Source of the DNA: Eledone cirrhosa
Lineage: Eukaryota
Assembly (NCBI GenBank): GCA_964016885.1
Contig: OZ024755.1
Coordinates: 20,584,001-20,648,000, forward strand
DNA: 64,000 nt
Direction: 5' to 3'
A model generated the notes under the pieces. It was not told the origin of the DNA, made no database searches, and saw only the letters and a list, made by a program, of their open reading frames with translations. Both the position numbers and the translations under genes were made by a program. Position 1 is the first letter of the stretch, and each line of letters starts with the position of its first letter. Below, in pieces: positions 49,432 through 62,679 of this stretch.

Positions 49432-52400
49432 TAAAATAAAAGATTAAAATTTAAGCAAAGAATCGCTGCTTTCACCCGAGCCCTCTTTGGATTTTAGTCT
49501 TTAAATTTATTATTATTACTATACACATATATATAGTGTATCAAAAAGAATCATCTGAAAGGAATCAGACTGAAAGGCATATAAAAATTTGATGAATTGT
49601 AGGGCACCTGAGCCCTGTACACAATAATTTTCATTATTATTTTTATTTTTATGAAAATATCATTAAAAAAGAGACCTAATTTCCATAACAAAACAGCAGC
49701 TTACTTCTTCATTTCCTGTATTATCCAGGCTTTCCAGATCTTCTTTTTCCTTGTCTTCTTTTTCCCTGGTTGATGCATCTGGCATAATGTCATCCAACCA
49801 TTTTAGTTCTCGCTGGGTAAATATAAAATCCAGTCCCTTGCGAACAAAACATGTTGCTAACACCTTTTGAATACAAACAAGAAAAAGAAAAGGGTGAGTG
49901 AAAGTTTTAATTTCAAATGTAAAAACAAAAACAGTTCAAAACAAAATGAACGATTGATGTGTTCTTCCTTCAATGGTCTACATGTCTGAAATACGCATGT
50001 GTGGAGCAGTTATAGTAGCCAATCCTCTTCATGCTTTTCTAATCTACTATTCATTTTCGGCTTTTTCTAGTTGAAGATAATAGCCTCTTTGATACTTAAA
50101 TTCACTTCATTCCTTTCTTTATATTTAAACAAATTGAATTATAAAAGCATGTATATTTACCATGATGGGGAAAACTATGGAAACTGATTTGATCGTCTTG
50201 ATCACCCACAACACAACTAAACACATAGTTTGGAATAGAGTGAACAGATGGACAGTTTTAGTAGGTACATGTCGTAGATATATATGATCTGGTTGGTACT
50301 TGTTTGGCATAAACAACAACAGAAATCGATCCACGTACTGAAAATAAAATAAAAATACAGTTATTTTGGTTAAGGTTTTAGCTAAGTAGAAAGGGCCACA
50401 CCCTTGACCTTCCCAGATGTTCTAAAACTGGTAAAATTGACACAATTTATGTCCAGCTTGGACATCAGTAAATTAATAAGTGCAGAGGCAAGACTAGTGC
50501 TATGAACTGGGCACAACTAAGCAATCGTTTAGGGCACTAAAATCGTGAATTGTAGTTTTGGTGGTGGTAGTGTTAGTAGGTGTGGTGGTGGTAGTGCTAG
50601 TAGGGGTGTTGGTGGTGGTAATGGTGGGACACTAATTCTGAACAACCAAGACAATATTTCTTAATATAAAATTAAAAACACAAGAACTTAGTTTATAAAG
50701 AGAACAGATGGGGTTGGTTCTGGAACAAGAAAGAATGGAGAACAGGGTGAAACAAGTAGACTGTGAGGTGTTATGGCTTATCACGTGGTTTAGTGTGAAA
50801 CATTTCAAATTTTGCCAAATAACAGATTTACAGTAAATAATGTAATCTTAGATATCTAAAAAAATAATAGGATGGTCACTGCTGGAATGCTTTTGATCAT
50901 AAGCTTTCTCTATAAGCACTAACCTGGGGTTAAATAACAACAATATAAATAGTACTCAATCCAATGAAACAGCCTCTAAGAAGTCACTTAACCTGCGAGA
51001 AATAACAACCAAATGACCATCAAATCATATTCTACCATCATAAAAAGGGATACATTACACTAGTCATGAGCAAACTGTGGCCTGTTTGGCTTTCTGAATG
51101 GTATATCTGATTTCAAAATTGCCTTGAATTTTTTAATAGTATGCCCTGCCTTATGATGAGCCATATTGCAGGCAGCCCACTACCCATGCCTGGTGTAGAC
51201 AATGAAGTTCTTGGTATCCAATTGGATTGTCATAACTGGGATGTCTTTGATTAATTAAAGCTGACCTAAGTATAACAAGAAAACAGCATGAATATATAAA
51301 AGATGCTATAATTTACCTGCATTCCTTTCAAGGCTGCTACACCCATATATAAGAATACTCCGTACAGTACAGCCATTGGAATCACCTGTGAAGGTAAAAA
51401 TCGGTATAAACTTTCAATGCATATTAAGATAATTAGCTTCTATGCTATTTACATGTAAGGAGTTGATGAAATTAGATTAATAGAAAAATACTCACACTGA
51501 GTACAGAAGTAAAGAGGACAGAGAGACCACTAAGAAGCCCAACCATCAATGCTGTTACACGTTGTTCTCTGTATAAAATCAAACAAACAAACATACAAAC
51601 AGTCAAAAACCTGAATCGAAGAAGATTTCTTTAACCCTTTAGCATTTACATTACTCTATATTTACTATTGTATTTTCACTGTAAATGCTTTACCTCACAT
51701 AATTATCTCACATAATATCGAATCTATGAGATTGTGAGGCTATTTATTTTGAGAACAATAAGTTAACATCAGTTAAGAAAGAGGTGAGAGAATTCTGGCC
51801 AAATACAGCAGGTTTAAATGCTAAAGGTTTAAGCTAATATACATTATAAATTTATAATTTGCTCAATGCTTTGTAAATATGATAGATTCTTTGTTTACAT
51901 CTATTGGCCAATAGAGAAAGGTTTAACCCTTTAGGATTTAAACCAGCCATATCTGGCCAGAATTTTCTCACCCCTTTCTGTTCAAACTGGCCATAACTGT
52001 CTGCTTATACAGTTAAGGTATTGTTCTGAAAATAAATAACATCAACATTTTGTAGATTCGATATTATGTGAGATAATTACGTGAAATAAAGTGTATACCA
52101 AAAGATAAGGCTTAAAAATAACAGAGAAGTGGTCAGCCTTGATCATTATCATCATCATTTAACATCCATTTTTCTACACTAGTATGGGTTACTTTTGTAT
52201 AATGGTAGCAGAGCTATCCAGCATACAGCAGGTGTGAGTTCGAGTCACACAGGCAATACTATCCACTTTTTTCTGTCTTTAGGAGTTTATATGCCATGAG
52301 AAGACTATGTTGGTATGGTCACGTGATGCGCATGAAAGACGACAGATGTATAAAAAAGTGCAGGACAATTAAAATTGATGGAAGTTACAGAGTAGGCAGA

Positions 52401-55400
52401 GCCAGAAAAACCTGGGATGATTTGATAAATTCCAACCTTACACACTTACACCTCTCTAAGACAATGTCACTGGACCGAGATCTTTGGCGCTACACAGTAA
52501 TACAGAAGACCCGCCTTGCCTAAGTACAGAGCGAAACCTACAGTCAGTAGGCACCTTTTAATCAAATATACACCCCCGTCCCACTACCCCCAGCTCCCCC
52601 ACCCCCACCCCCATCAACACCACCCCTTTCTCTGTAAAGCTATGTTGGTACCACAACATCCAGTTTTAAATAAATGAGGTCCTGTAGGTGTCACGACAAA
52701 AAACACAGTCCACGCTGTAATGTGGTTGTGTAGGTAACACGGTAAAAACCTCCCAGTCCACACTGTAAACGTGGTTGGTGTTAGGAAGGGCATTCAGCCA
52801 TAAAAAACCTGCCAGACAGTCCTATACGAGCAAGACGACCAATCTTGTCTCAAGTGGGACAATTCCCATCTAAACCCATGCTAGCGTGGAAGATAGATGT
52901 TAAACGATGATGATGAAAACAATCTATAGAATCACTTCCAAATGATATTTTACCTCACGCCAAGAAATGCAGGTCTTTCACCTGGAGCTGTACATTCTGA
53001 TTCTCGTTTCAAACTCATAATATGTGCCAAAGCTGACACAGTAGCTGCCACATACCAAGGTAGTCCAAGTATAGAACAGATAGCTATACAGATGGCTACT
53101 ATAAATAAATCCAGATGATATCCATTTCCTTTCTGAAATGAGAGAAAAATCAGCTAAAAATTAATGGGTTTGTTTTGACAAAACTTTAAAATTTGGTAAA
53201 TATTAATGGGTGTATATTAACAAAACTTTAAAATTACGTAAAAATTAATTGGTTTATATTGTGTCATAACTATAAGATTAGGTAAATATTAAAGAGTTTA
53301 TATTGTGACAAAACTTTAAAATTAGGTAAATATTAAAGGGTTTATATTCTGACAAAACTTTAAAATTAGTTGAAAATTAATGGTTTATTTGCTGACAAAA
53401 TCTTAAAATTTGATAAATATTAATGGGTTAATATTTTGACAAAACTTTAAAATTCAAGCAAATGAGAATATTATAAGTTGCTATTAAATATCTATAATAT
53501 AATAATTTAGTTTATAATTCCTACGACTTTCTAATCAATATGTACTAAATATCGGTTCAAGGTGTTAGAATGCTAGGGCACTGGAATTGTAAATTCTATT
53601 TAATCTACCAAATAACTTTTCAATCATCATCATCATCATTTGGGCCCCCAAATATTTCTCCACACTATTTATTACTCTAAAGTGGCCCCTCTCATTATAT
53701 CTGATTTAATTTTCTATCACTGAGCCCTCAAACTTTTCTTCCCACCACATATTACTTGATAGAGACCCTCCACTGTATCTGACCTAACTTTCTACCACTG
53801 AGCCCTCAAACATTGCTCCACACCAAATATTACTTCAAAATCATGTCAGTAATTCCTTACCTTTAATTTATTCTCTTTTCTGTTGACAATCACAGCTGTA
53901 ATCTGTTGATCCATGAAAATAAGGATGACTGCCAACAAAGCTGGTATACAACATGCTAAAATCATCCACCAAGGATTTTTTTCACTAATAGGGTTAATGA
54001 ACCAGCCTCTGTCAGATCGCGTGGGCTGTTGATTAAAGAAAACAAACATATAATATGTAAAAATATAAATATAAAAGGCATATAAAAAATCAATATTATT
54101 TATATTTTCATGATTTCAGAATTTGAATTGTGGCCATGATGGGGCACCACTTTTAAGAGCTACTTTGCATAGTACATTTAGTTTTATTGATCTCTATTTA
54201 TCAAATGACTGGAGAGGAGAAAGGTTCTGCCAGGTCTAAAAAATGCCCTAAGAAATGCTATATGTCAATATGGTGTCCCTATGACTCCCTCGGGAGTTAT
54301 GGGTCCATACCATACCATTTATCAAATGGCTGTCTCAGATAAAATGTGATTGCAATATCTATTCTCACTCTTTAGATTCTGAGTTCAAATCCCACTGAGG
54401 TCAACTTAGATTTTCATCCTTCTGGAGTCGATAAAACTAAGTACCAGTCATATACTGTGGTTGATTTAATCAACGTGGCCCTTCCACAAATTTGCTGACT
54501 TTGTGCCAGAATTAGAAACCAACACACAGAGTTCCCCCCAAAATTGACATCATTTTGTAGTCTAACAATTCACCCAATTTTTCATTCAAATGATCTCGAA
54601 GTTCAACAAAATGTGTAAAAACTAACCAAGTTTAATCTATATATATAAAAACGAAAATTTCTATCTGTCTGTCTGTATGCAGGCAATGCATTTCCCCATT
54701 TTCTATCCGTAGGTTATTTAGCTCCCGGAACATGTCAACATCTAGTTTAAATTTTGCTCTTCTCTAAAATAACCGAGTTCTGGGGCTATTTAAAGACTTC
54801 ATGTTGATGAGAGAGAGGGGTCTCTTTATTTACAGTAGTAAAAGGTGTGCCTGGCAACGACAGGCTCTTTTGCTAGTGTTAAATGTTTTCTTTTTTTGTT
54901 ACAGGTTGAAGAATGACGTTCACTACATATTAAAAGGTATTTTGTGTGTTAGAATATGCTTGAACACAGTCAAACAATGATGCCAATGTTTGGCAGACAC
55001 CCTATATAATGAAATAATTTCCTGGTTCTCAATAGAACTAAATGGTAACAGCAACAATCCAAACACTTACTTTGAACTTTTTGGGTACCTCAAGCTTTGG
55101 GGTAGGAATACCAAGAAGCATATCAATGGCGACCATTATTATGATAGAAATGAGAACTGAGAAATCACTGAGATTTTGACGAACCTGGAAATATAAAGAT
55201 TTGAAAACAGTTATAGAAATATTAGAGAAAGTAAGGCAAGGGAAATAACTACAGTTATTCAGTACATCACCACATAACAGGAATACCTGAAATATTTCAG
55301 AGTTTGATTGATTTCTCTTTAAATTAACATAATATTATAGAATAGAGTACAGAGATAATTAATATATTTTTGTGATTCCCTCTACTATACACTACACACA

Positions 55401-55742
55401 CATATACATCACCCACATACTCTCTCTTTCTATCAAACACGTAGCCTAAAGAAACGGAATATACGAGGATGTACCCCTTCCATACACATGCACACATGTG
55501 TGTATCATGACTCGTGCACTGTTCATTTTACTGATGTTTGTGCATTGCCCTATGTACTGTACATGCACTTTTTTGATGAGTTGTGGTGCACCTGGGCACT
55601 GTACACAATATTTCATTATTGTTATTGTTATTATATCATGACTCATACACTGTTTATTTTCCTGACATTTGTACATTATTCTATGTACTATACATGCACC
55701 TTTGATGAGTTGTAGTGCACCTGAGCACTGTACACACTAATT

Positions 55743-55781
<39 letters not shown>

Positions 55782-56156
55782 GAAGCAAGAATTTGGCCAG
55801 AACATTCTGAGAGATGGACAAGAGTGCTATACCTTTACTGCTGGAGATAACAGATTTGCTTCCCTTGATTTTGTAGACACTGACGATCTTAACATTCCTC
55901 CGCTCTATATCTTTCTATCTTTCTATCCATTCATCCATCCATCTCTCTCTATCTATCTATCTTTCTTGCCAGCCACCCATCCATCTATTTAGCCATCCAC
56001 CCATCCATCTAGCTAGCTAGCTATCCATCTATCTAGCCATACATCCATCTATTTAGCCGTCCTTATAAGACAGAAAAAGAAGTTGCCATTTATAACTATG
56101 AGGAATTGAATCCCATGGCTCAGATACCAGCTAGGCACTTTTAACCATATATATAT

Positions 56157-56208
<52 letters not shown>

Positions 56209-57621
56209 TTAGAGATATACTAGTAAATTTGACCACAATTGAATTCGATTTTTCCCAATATATTATAGGGATTAGCAATTTCTAGATGCGTTACCTAACA
56301 TATTAATGAAACTTATGTAAATGTTATGAAATAAATCCCCTTGTACAGTAAACAGAGTATCCATATAAATCTTTATCTAATTATATATTATATATATATA
56401 TATATCATCATCATCATCATCATCGTTTCACGTCCATCTTCCACGCTTGCATGGGTTTGGACGGGAATTTTCCCACTTGAGGTAAGAGTGGTTGTCTTGC
56501 TCGTATAGGACTGTCTGGCGGGTTTTCTACGGCTGGATGCCCTTCCTAACACCAACCACGTTTACAGTGTGGACTGGGAGGTTTTTACCGTGTTACCTAC
56601 ACAGCCACATTACAGCGTGGACTGTCTGGCGGGTTTTCTACGGTTGGATACCCTTCCTAACACCAACCACGTTTACAGTGTGGACTGGGAGGTTTTTACT
56701 GTGTTACCTACACAGCCACATTACAGCGTGGACTGTGTGTGTTTTTTTTTTCGTGACACCTACACGGCCTCATTTATTTCGGACTGGATGTTGTGGTACC
56801 AACATAACTTTACATCGAAAGGGGTGGTGTGGATGGCGTGGGGGTGGTGGGACGGGGGGTGTATTTTTGTTAGAGGTGCCTACTGACTGTAGGTTTCACT
56901 TTGTACTTAGGCAAGCCGGGTCTTCTGTATTACTACGTAGCGCCAAAGATCTCGGTCCAGTGACATTGTCTTGGAGAGGTGTAAGTGTGTGAGGTCGGAA
57001 TTTACCAAGTCATCCCAGGTTTTTCTAGGTCTGCCTACTCCGTGGCTACCGTCTATTTTTATCGCCCTGCACTTTTTTATACAGCTGTCGTCTTTCATGC
57101 GCATCACGTTACCATACCAACGTAGTCTTCTCTCGAGTAAACAACATCTGATTCCTCTTATAACTAATTTCTCCCTTAGTTCATTTATGCTTTGCCGTTC
57201 ACGTATATTACTATTACACACATATATATATATCTAAAATAAACATATGAAACAATCACAGGGAATAATTTGTAAAGTGTGCTTACACACTTTACAAATT
57301 ATTCTCTGTGATTGTTTCATATGTTTATTTTAGATAAATATATATATATGTCAATCAATTACTAGTTGATACAAAATGTTCGGATCTATTGATTGGAATC
57401 TTTGAGCAGATTCTACAGTGGATATGGCGCATATCTCTCGGACATGACACCCTTAATTTAATTTTGGATATATATATATATATATATATTAATTGAAGAA
57501 GTATACTTATCTCTACATGAGTAATGAAACATATGTAAATGTTATGAAATAAATTCCCTTGTACAGTAAACGGAGTATCCATATAAATCTTTATCTAATT
57601 ATATATGTATATATATGTATG

Positions 57622-57675
<54 letters not shown>

Positions 57676-60600
57676 TATATTAAACGAAGAAGTATACATA
57701 TCTCTACACGAGCATAGATACAAGTATAGGTACATACATACAGAGTGTCTAACTTATACTGAGTTTGGCTGTATGAAAGAGTTAATAAAATTAACAGATT
57801 CAGAGCCAAATAAAATCAAAGTCTCCTGATGATTTGGGATTTCTCACGATACTCTACTCGGAGTATCATTATTTTCCCACTGAAACTGTAGTAGGGACAT
57901 TAAAGTGAGTAAGTAAAGATTTTTTTCTTAATTTGTTTGCTTTTCCCATATTTGATTTTATATATAGATATACATATATTATATAAGATCTCAACACATG
58001 CATGCTACCTAAGGTTTCAAACATATATCCTATGCTTGCACATATGGTTATTTCAAGTAAAATGTATCAAAATAGTGGATACATACCCATGTTGGGAAAA
58101 AACGGCTGGTCTTAAAACCCTGCAGGCTATTTGCAATGGTAAATGTTCCAATGAAGAGCAGAATTGATAATAGAAAGGCATCTGGTACAAAGGCACAATC
58201 ACCAGTGATTTTACCAGCAATGTTCGTACAATTCAATTTAGTAAATGTATTATCAATAGGAAATATATCCATTATTTCATCAGTGGACAGAGAGAAATTA
58301 TTTTCTGTGTTGTTTATTATAGGATGTACTTCACACATACATTCAGTACTGTTTATTGGTACTTGTGTATGAAGTGCATAGTCCGAATTAATACCAATTA
58401 TCTTCTTAAAGGCTTCAGCTATAAAAATAATGGCGATCAAGCAAGCAAAACTTTCTTCAGTGAAACGAGTTATGTATCTAACTAAAGCACTCAGATCAAA
58501 AGCCACCACCAAAAGTAGAATAAGGGTTGTCCATAATCCAATCCAGCATCTTAATGGCAGGAAATCCAGTTTTCTTTCTCTGTAAATAAAATGTAGAAAT
58601 GTATAGTTCTAGGGGGGTAACAACAACAACACCTCTCAATATTAAACATAAGTGTATTGCTTCTATCATTTTTGGGAGGTACAGATGTTCATATTTTTCT
58701 GACAAAAATGACTAATTTTCACAGCAAAAATCCTACTCACCCTCTCCAAGATTGGAGACTTCAATGCCATTAATGTTCCCAGAGAGAGAAAGAGATAGAG
58801 AGTTCCAGAGGGAGGAGTTCCAGAGCAAGAAGGATTGGGAATGGTGGTTAGTATGAGGTATAATGGGTTGAACACAACTTGGTGAGATGAAAAGAGATGA
58901 ATGGGTCAGCAGTGTCTGAGTGGAAGTGGCATGAAGCCACAACAAGCTCTGAAGAGCAGAGAGCATTGTAGTAGCTGTAGAAAGGATAGTAGGAGATGAC
59001 AGTATGTCTGTATACCACACTGAGACTAGATAATGTCTTACAGTGATTAACTGTCTAATAACAGATATTCAAACTGGAGCCATGACAATACGCACCCAGT
59101 CCATACTGTAAAGTGATCATATAGGTGACATGACAAAAAGCACCCAGTACACACTGTAAATGTGGTTGGTGTTAGGAAGGGCATCCAGCCATAGAAACCA
59201 AACCAAAATCAGTTCAGTATGAGCAAAACATGGTCCCTCAACCCAGCTTCTCTCACAATGGAACAGCTCATCTAACCCATGATAGCATGGAAAATGGACA
59301 TTAAATGATGATGATGATAATGATGATGATGATGAACAACCCTAGGAATCTCTCCTAATCTAATGTCATGAATGCTGCTATTTTACCTGGCTAAACCACT
59401 AAAAATATTTTGAAAATATAGTCAGAATGTATTAGAATTTATGAAAGCTTACTTGCAGAAAGAATAAAGTATCATTTCCAGAACTAACATAGGACCAGTA
59501 CTCCCTAAAATATTCAGTGGCTGCCCTGCAAATAATGCGTATGCGACTCCAGTAATGGCAGCTGTCAAAATACACTCCATTGTTCCCTAAAAATGAAAAG
59601 AGATTGTTAATAGAGGCTGTATGAAAAAAAGCTATATTTCAAAAGGTTATATTTTTAAACAAATAACTATATAATCAAGCGATAACTTGTTCAATACATG
59701 TCTGAATATAAAGTTTGATTTTTTTTTATAAAGTTATTTATATATTGACCATTTGTAAAAATTATAAATAAAATCAAATGAGTCTTTTTGATAAACCGTG
59801 TATTGCTTTTTAATCATTTTGATACCAAATTCCCTAGAACTAGCCCTGGTCCTATCATACAAAACTGGTTATTTTAAAGTGGTAAAAAACTCTTAGGAGA
59901 GCTGGACATCAGAAGGTTTTCAGAGAAGACCCTCCACTCTCATGCCAGTGTTTCAGCCCTTAACTTTTTATATTCATCTAAAAATTTTCCTTCATAATTT
60001 TATGTAAGAACCTTATTTTAGGTACAAGGGCACTAAGTTTTAGGGGTAATGAAATGGAAACTGTGATTCTTTATGCTTTTCTTGCTGTTCTTTCAAAATA
60101 ATAATGAAAAAATTTTGATTACTTGCAAAATTAATTGGAAATCATCCAACTATCTTTTATTAGTAGTAACAAGACAAAATGTCCCACAGTATTTAGTTGT
60201 GTACCTTTATATTCTGAATTCAAATCTCACTGAGATTGACTTTGAATTTCATTCTTCTAAGGTGGTTGATAAAATATAGTACCAGTTAAATACTAGGGTT
60301 GTTTTCATCAACAACTCATCCCTCAAATTGAAGGTTTTGTGCCAATACTATAGTAGTAAACTGTTCTATTTTGTGGTACTTTATTACAGATAGAAAGGCT
60401 GGACCATTTGAAAGTTAAGTGTCCATAGATAAAAGGCAATACAGATGATAAACAAATTAGATCTGCCTCTCAGCTGAGTGTCCATTAACATATTTCTTAG
60501 CAATCCATACTTTCTATTTTTAGATATAGACAACTATAATAACAGAAATGTGTTTTACAGATCAATACATACACCAGCAGGCCTGGCCTGTACACAGATT

Positions 60601-62644
60601 GTTTCTAAATACTTCAGCATTAATTCATTACAATGGATACATGTTAACATCAGCTAACTCGATGAAAGAATCTTTTTAGATCCAATTTTCTGATTGTCAA
60701 TTGAATAAAATGCATCATTAAAGCGGTAAACATGTAAAAAAAAAATTTGATCAACCGTTTTGATACTAACCCGGCCAAAACCAGCCCTGGATCTATGAAA
60801 GAAAACCACCGATTTCATACGATTCCTATAAATATTTATATCTTCCAACATGAACCATACAAGAACCATATTTTAAGTTATATTAGGAACAAAATAATTA
60901 ATCATTTGAGTAAATCTGTCAAAATTCTGCATTAATTAATTGAAAGAGAGTATATGTCATTATAAATATGGTAAGAAAAGGGTTAAACATGAACTTACCA
61001 TATACTGATCAGTGGCTTGACCCAAAAGTCCACCAAAAGTTACATTCGGAGTTAATGTAGCAAGGTAGAGAAATATTATACTGGCAATACATTGCAGATG
61101 AAGAGCATCTTTAAAGTCACTTGCATACCATTTAACCTTCCGTTTTACGTCTGCTACAAGACCACCAAAAAGTCTACAGAATAAATTACATTTTTGTGGA
61201 ATTATAGAAAACTTGAAAAAAAAAAAAAAAATCAACATGAAAACTACATAATATTATTATAAGTACTTCACCTTTCATTCTTATGGGGTCGATAAAATAA
61301 AGTACCAGTAACACACTGGCGTCAATTTGATAAAAAAAGAAGAAAAGGGTTGGGCACCATGCTTTGCATCATAGAGTTTCGCCACTTTACGGTCTGAGTT
61401 CAAATCCCGCTGAGGTTAACTTTGCCTTTCATCCTTACAGAGTCAATAAAATAAAGTACCAGTAATGCACTGGGATAATTGTTGGCCTTATCCAAAAAAT
61501 AGAAACAATTATTTATAAGTTCTTCATATTATATTGTAGAGACATTGTTATATGAGGGTTGGCTGAAATGTTCATAGGCTGACTATGAATCTGACTTGGA
61601 GCTAAACTACTACATCAACAACGATAACAACATCACATACTTATATATATATACACGTGAGTGAGTGTGTATAAATGTACATGTATGTATAAAACAATAC
61701 ATTGGTTTAGAAGCCAGAACGTCAAAGAGGGTGTAGTGAGTTGAAATTTCAAAATTTATGATGTTTAGTTTTGTGTTTCAGAGTTCATATCTAAATGGAG
61801 TTTAACCCTTTAGCATTTAAACCGGCCATATACAGCCAGAATTCTCTCACCTCTTTCTGTTCAAACCAGCTGTAACCAGTCACTGATACTGATGTTAAGG
61901 TATTGTTCTCAAAATAAATAATATCAAAATCTCATAGATTCAATATTATGTGAGATAAAGCCTTTACTGTGAAAATATAATAGTAAATATAGTGTAATGT
62001 AAATGCTAAAGGATTAATGTTAGTTTTTATGGTTTCAGTATCAACATTAGTTATTGTTTGAATAATTCACTAAGTGACAATTGATATCTGATTATTTGTT
62101 GTCTCATTAATTGTTATACTGAATAATCTACTTATTTAATGGTCAGTAAATATTTACATTTTACTAGCAATTATTTCCTTCAATCTTTCTCTAAATAATA
62201 AGAAAATAAATAATCCATAGTAATAATTGACTACCCATGGAAAAATGGGCATAAAATGGTGAGGATTTATATATATATATATATATATATATTTAAGAGT
62301 TAAACAAGATTCAATGAATACATCAAGGAAAGAGTTTTACAATATATTGGAAGCACTCTACAGAAAATATTTTCCAGAGTTATTAATATTAATTCAAAAT
62401 ATTAACAAAGTAGGTATTCTTTTGATCAATTATATTTTATTATACATATTTCAGAGGCACTGAATTAAGTTCAACAGATAAAATAAAATGATACATGACA
62501 TACCCTGATTAAATCTTAACCATCTGCCACATATATTTCATGACTCGTACACTGTTCACTTTCCTGACATTTGTACATTATTCTATGTACTATACATACA
62601 CCTTTGATGAGTTGTAGTGCACCTGAGCACTGTACACAATAATT

Positions 62645-62679
<35 letters not shown>

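Noticed and set aside
55500-55780. TTGATGAG..stem-loop repeated at 49590, 55570, 55700 and 62600
   Set aside because: No GAAA at the hammerhead position; it ends in an (ATT)n tail and is a retroposon 3' end.
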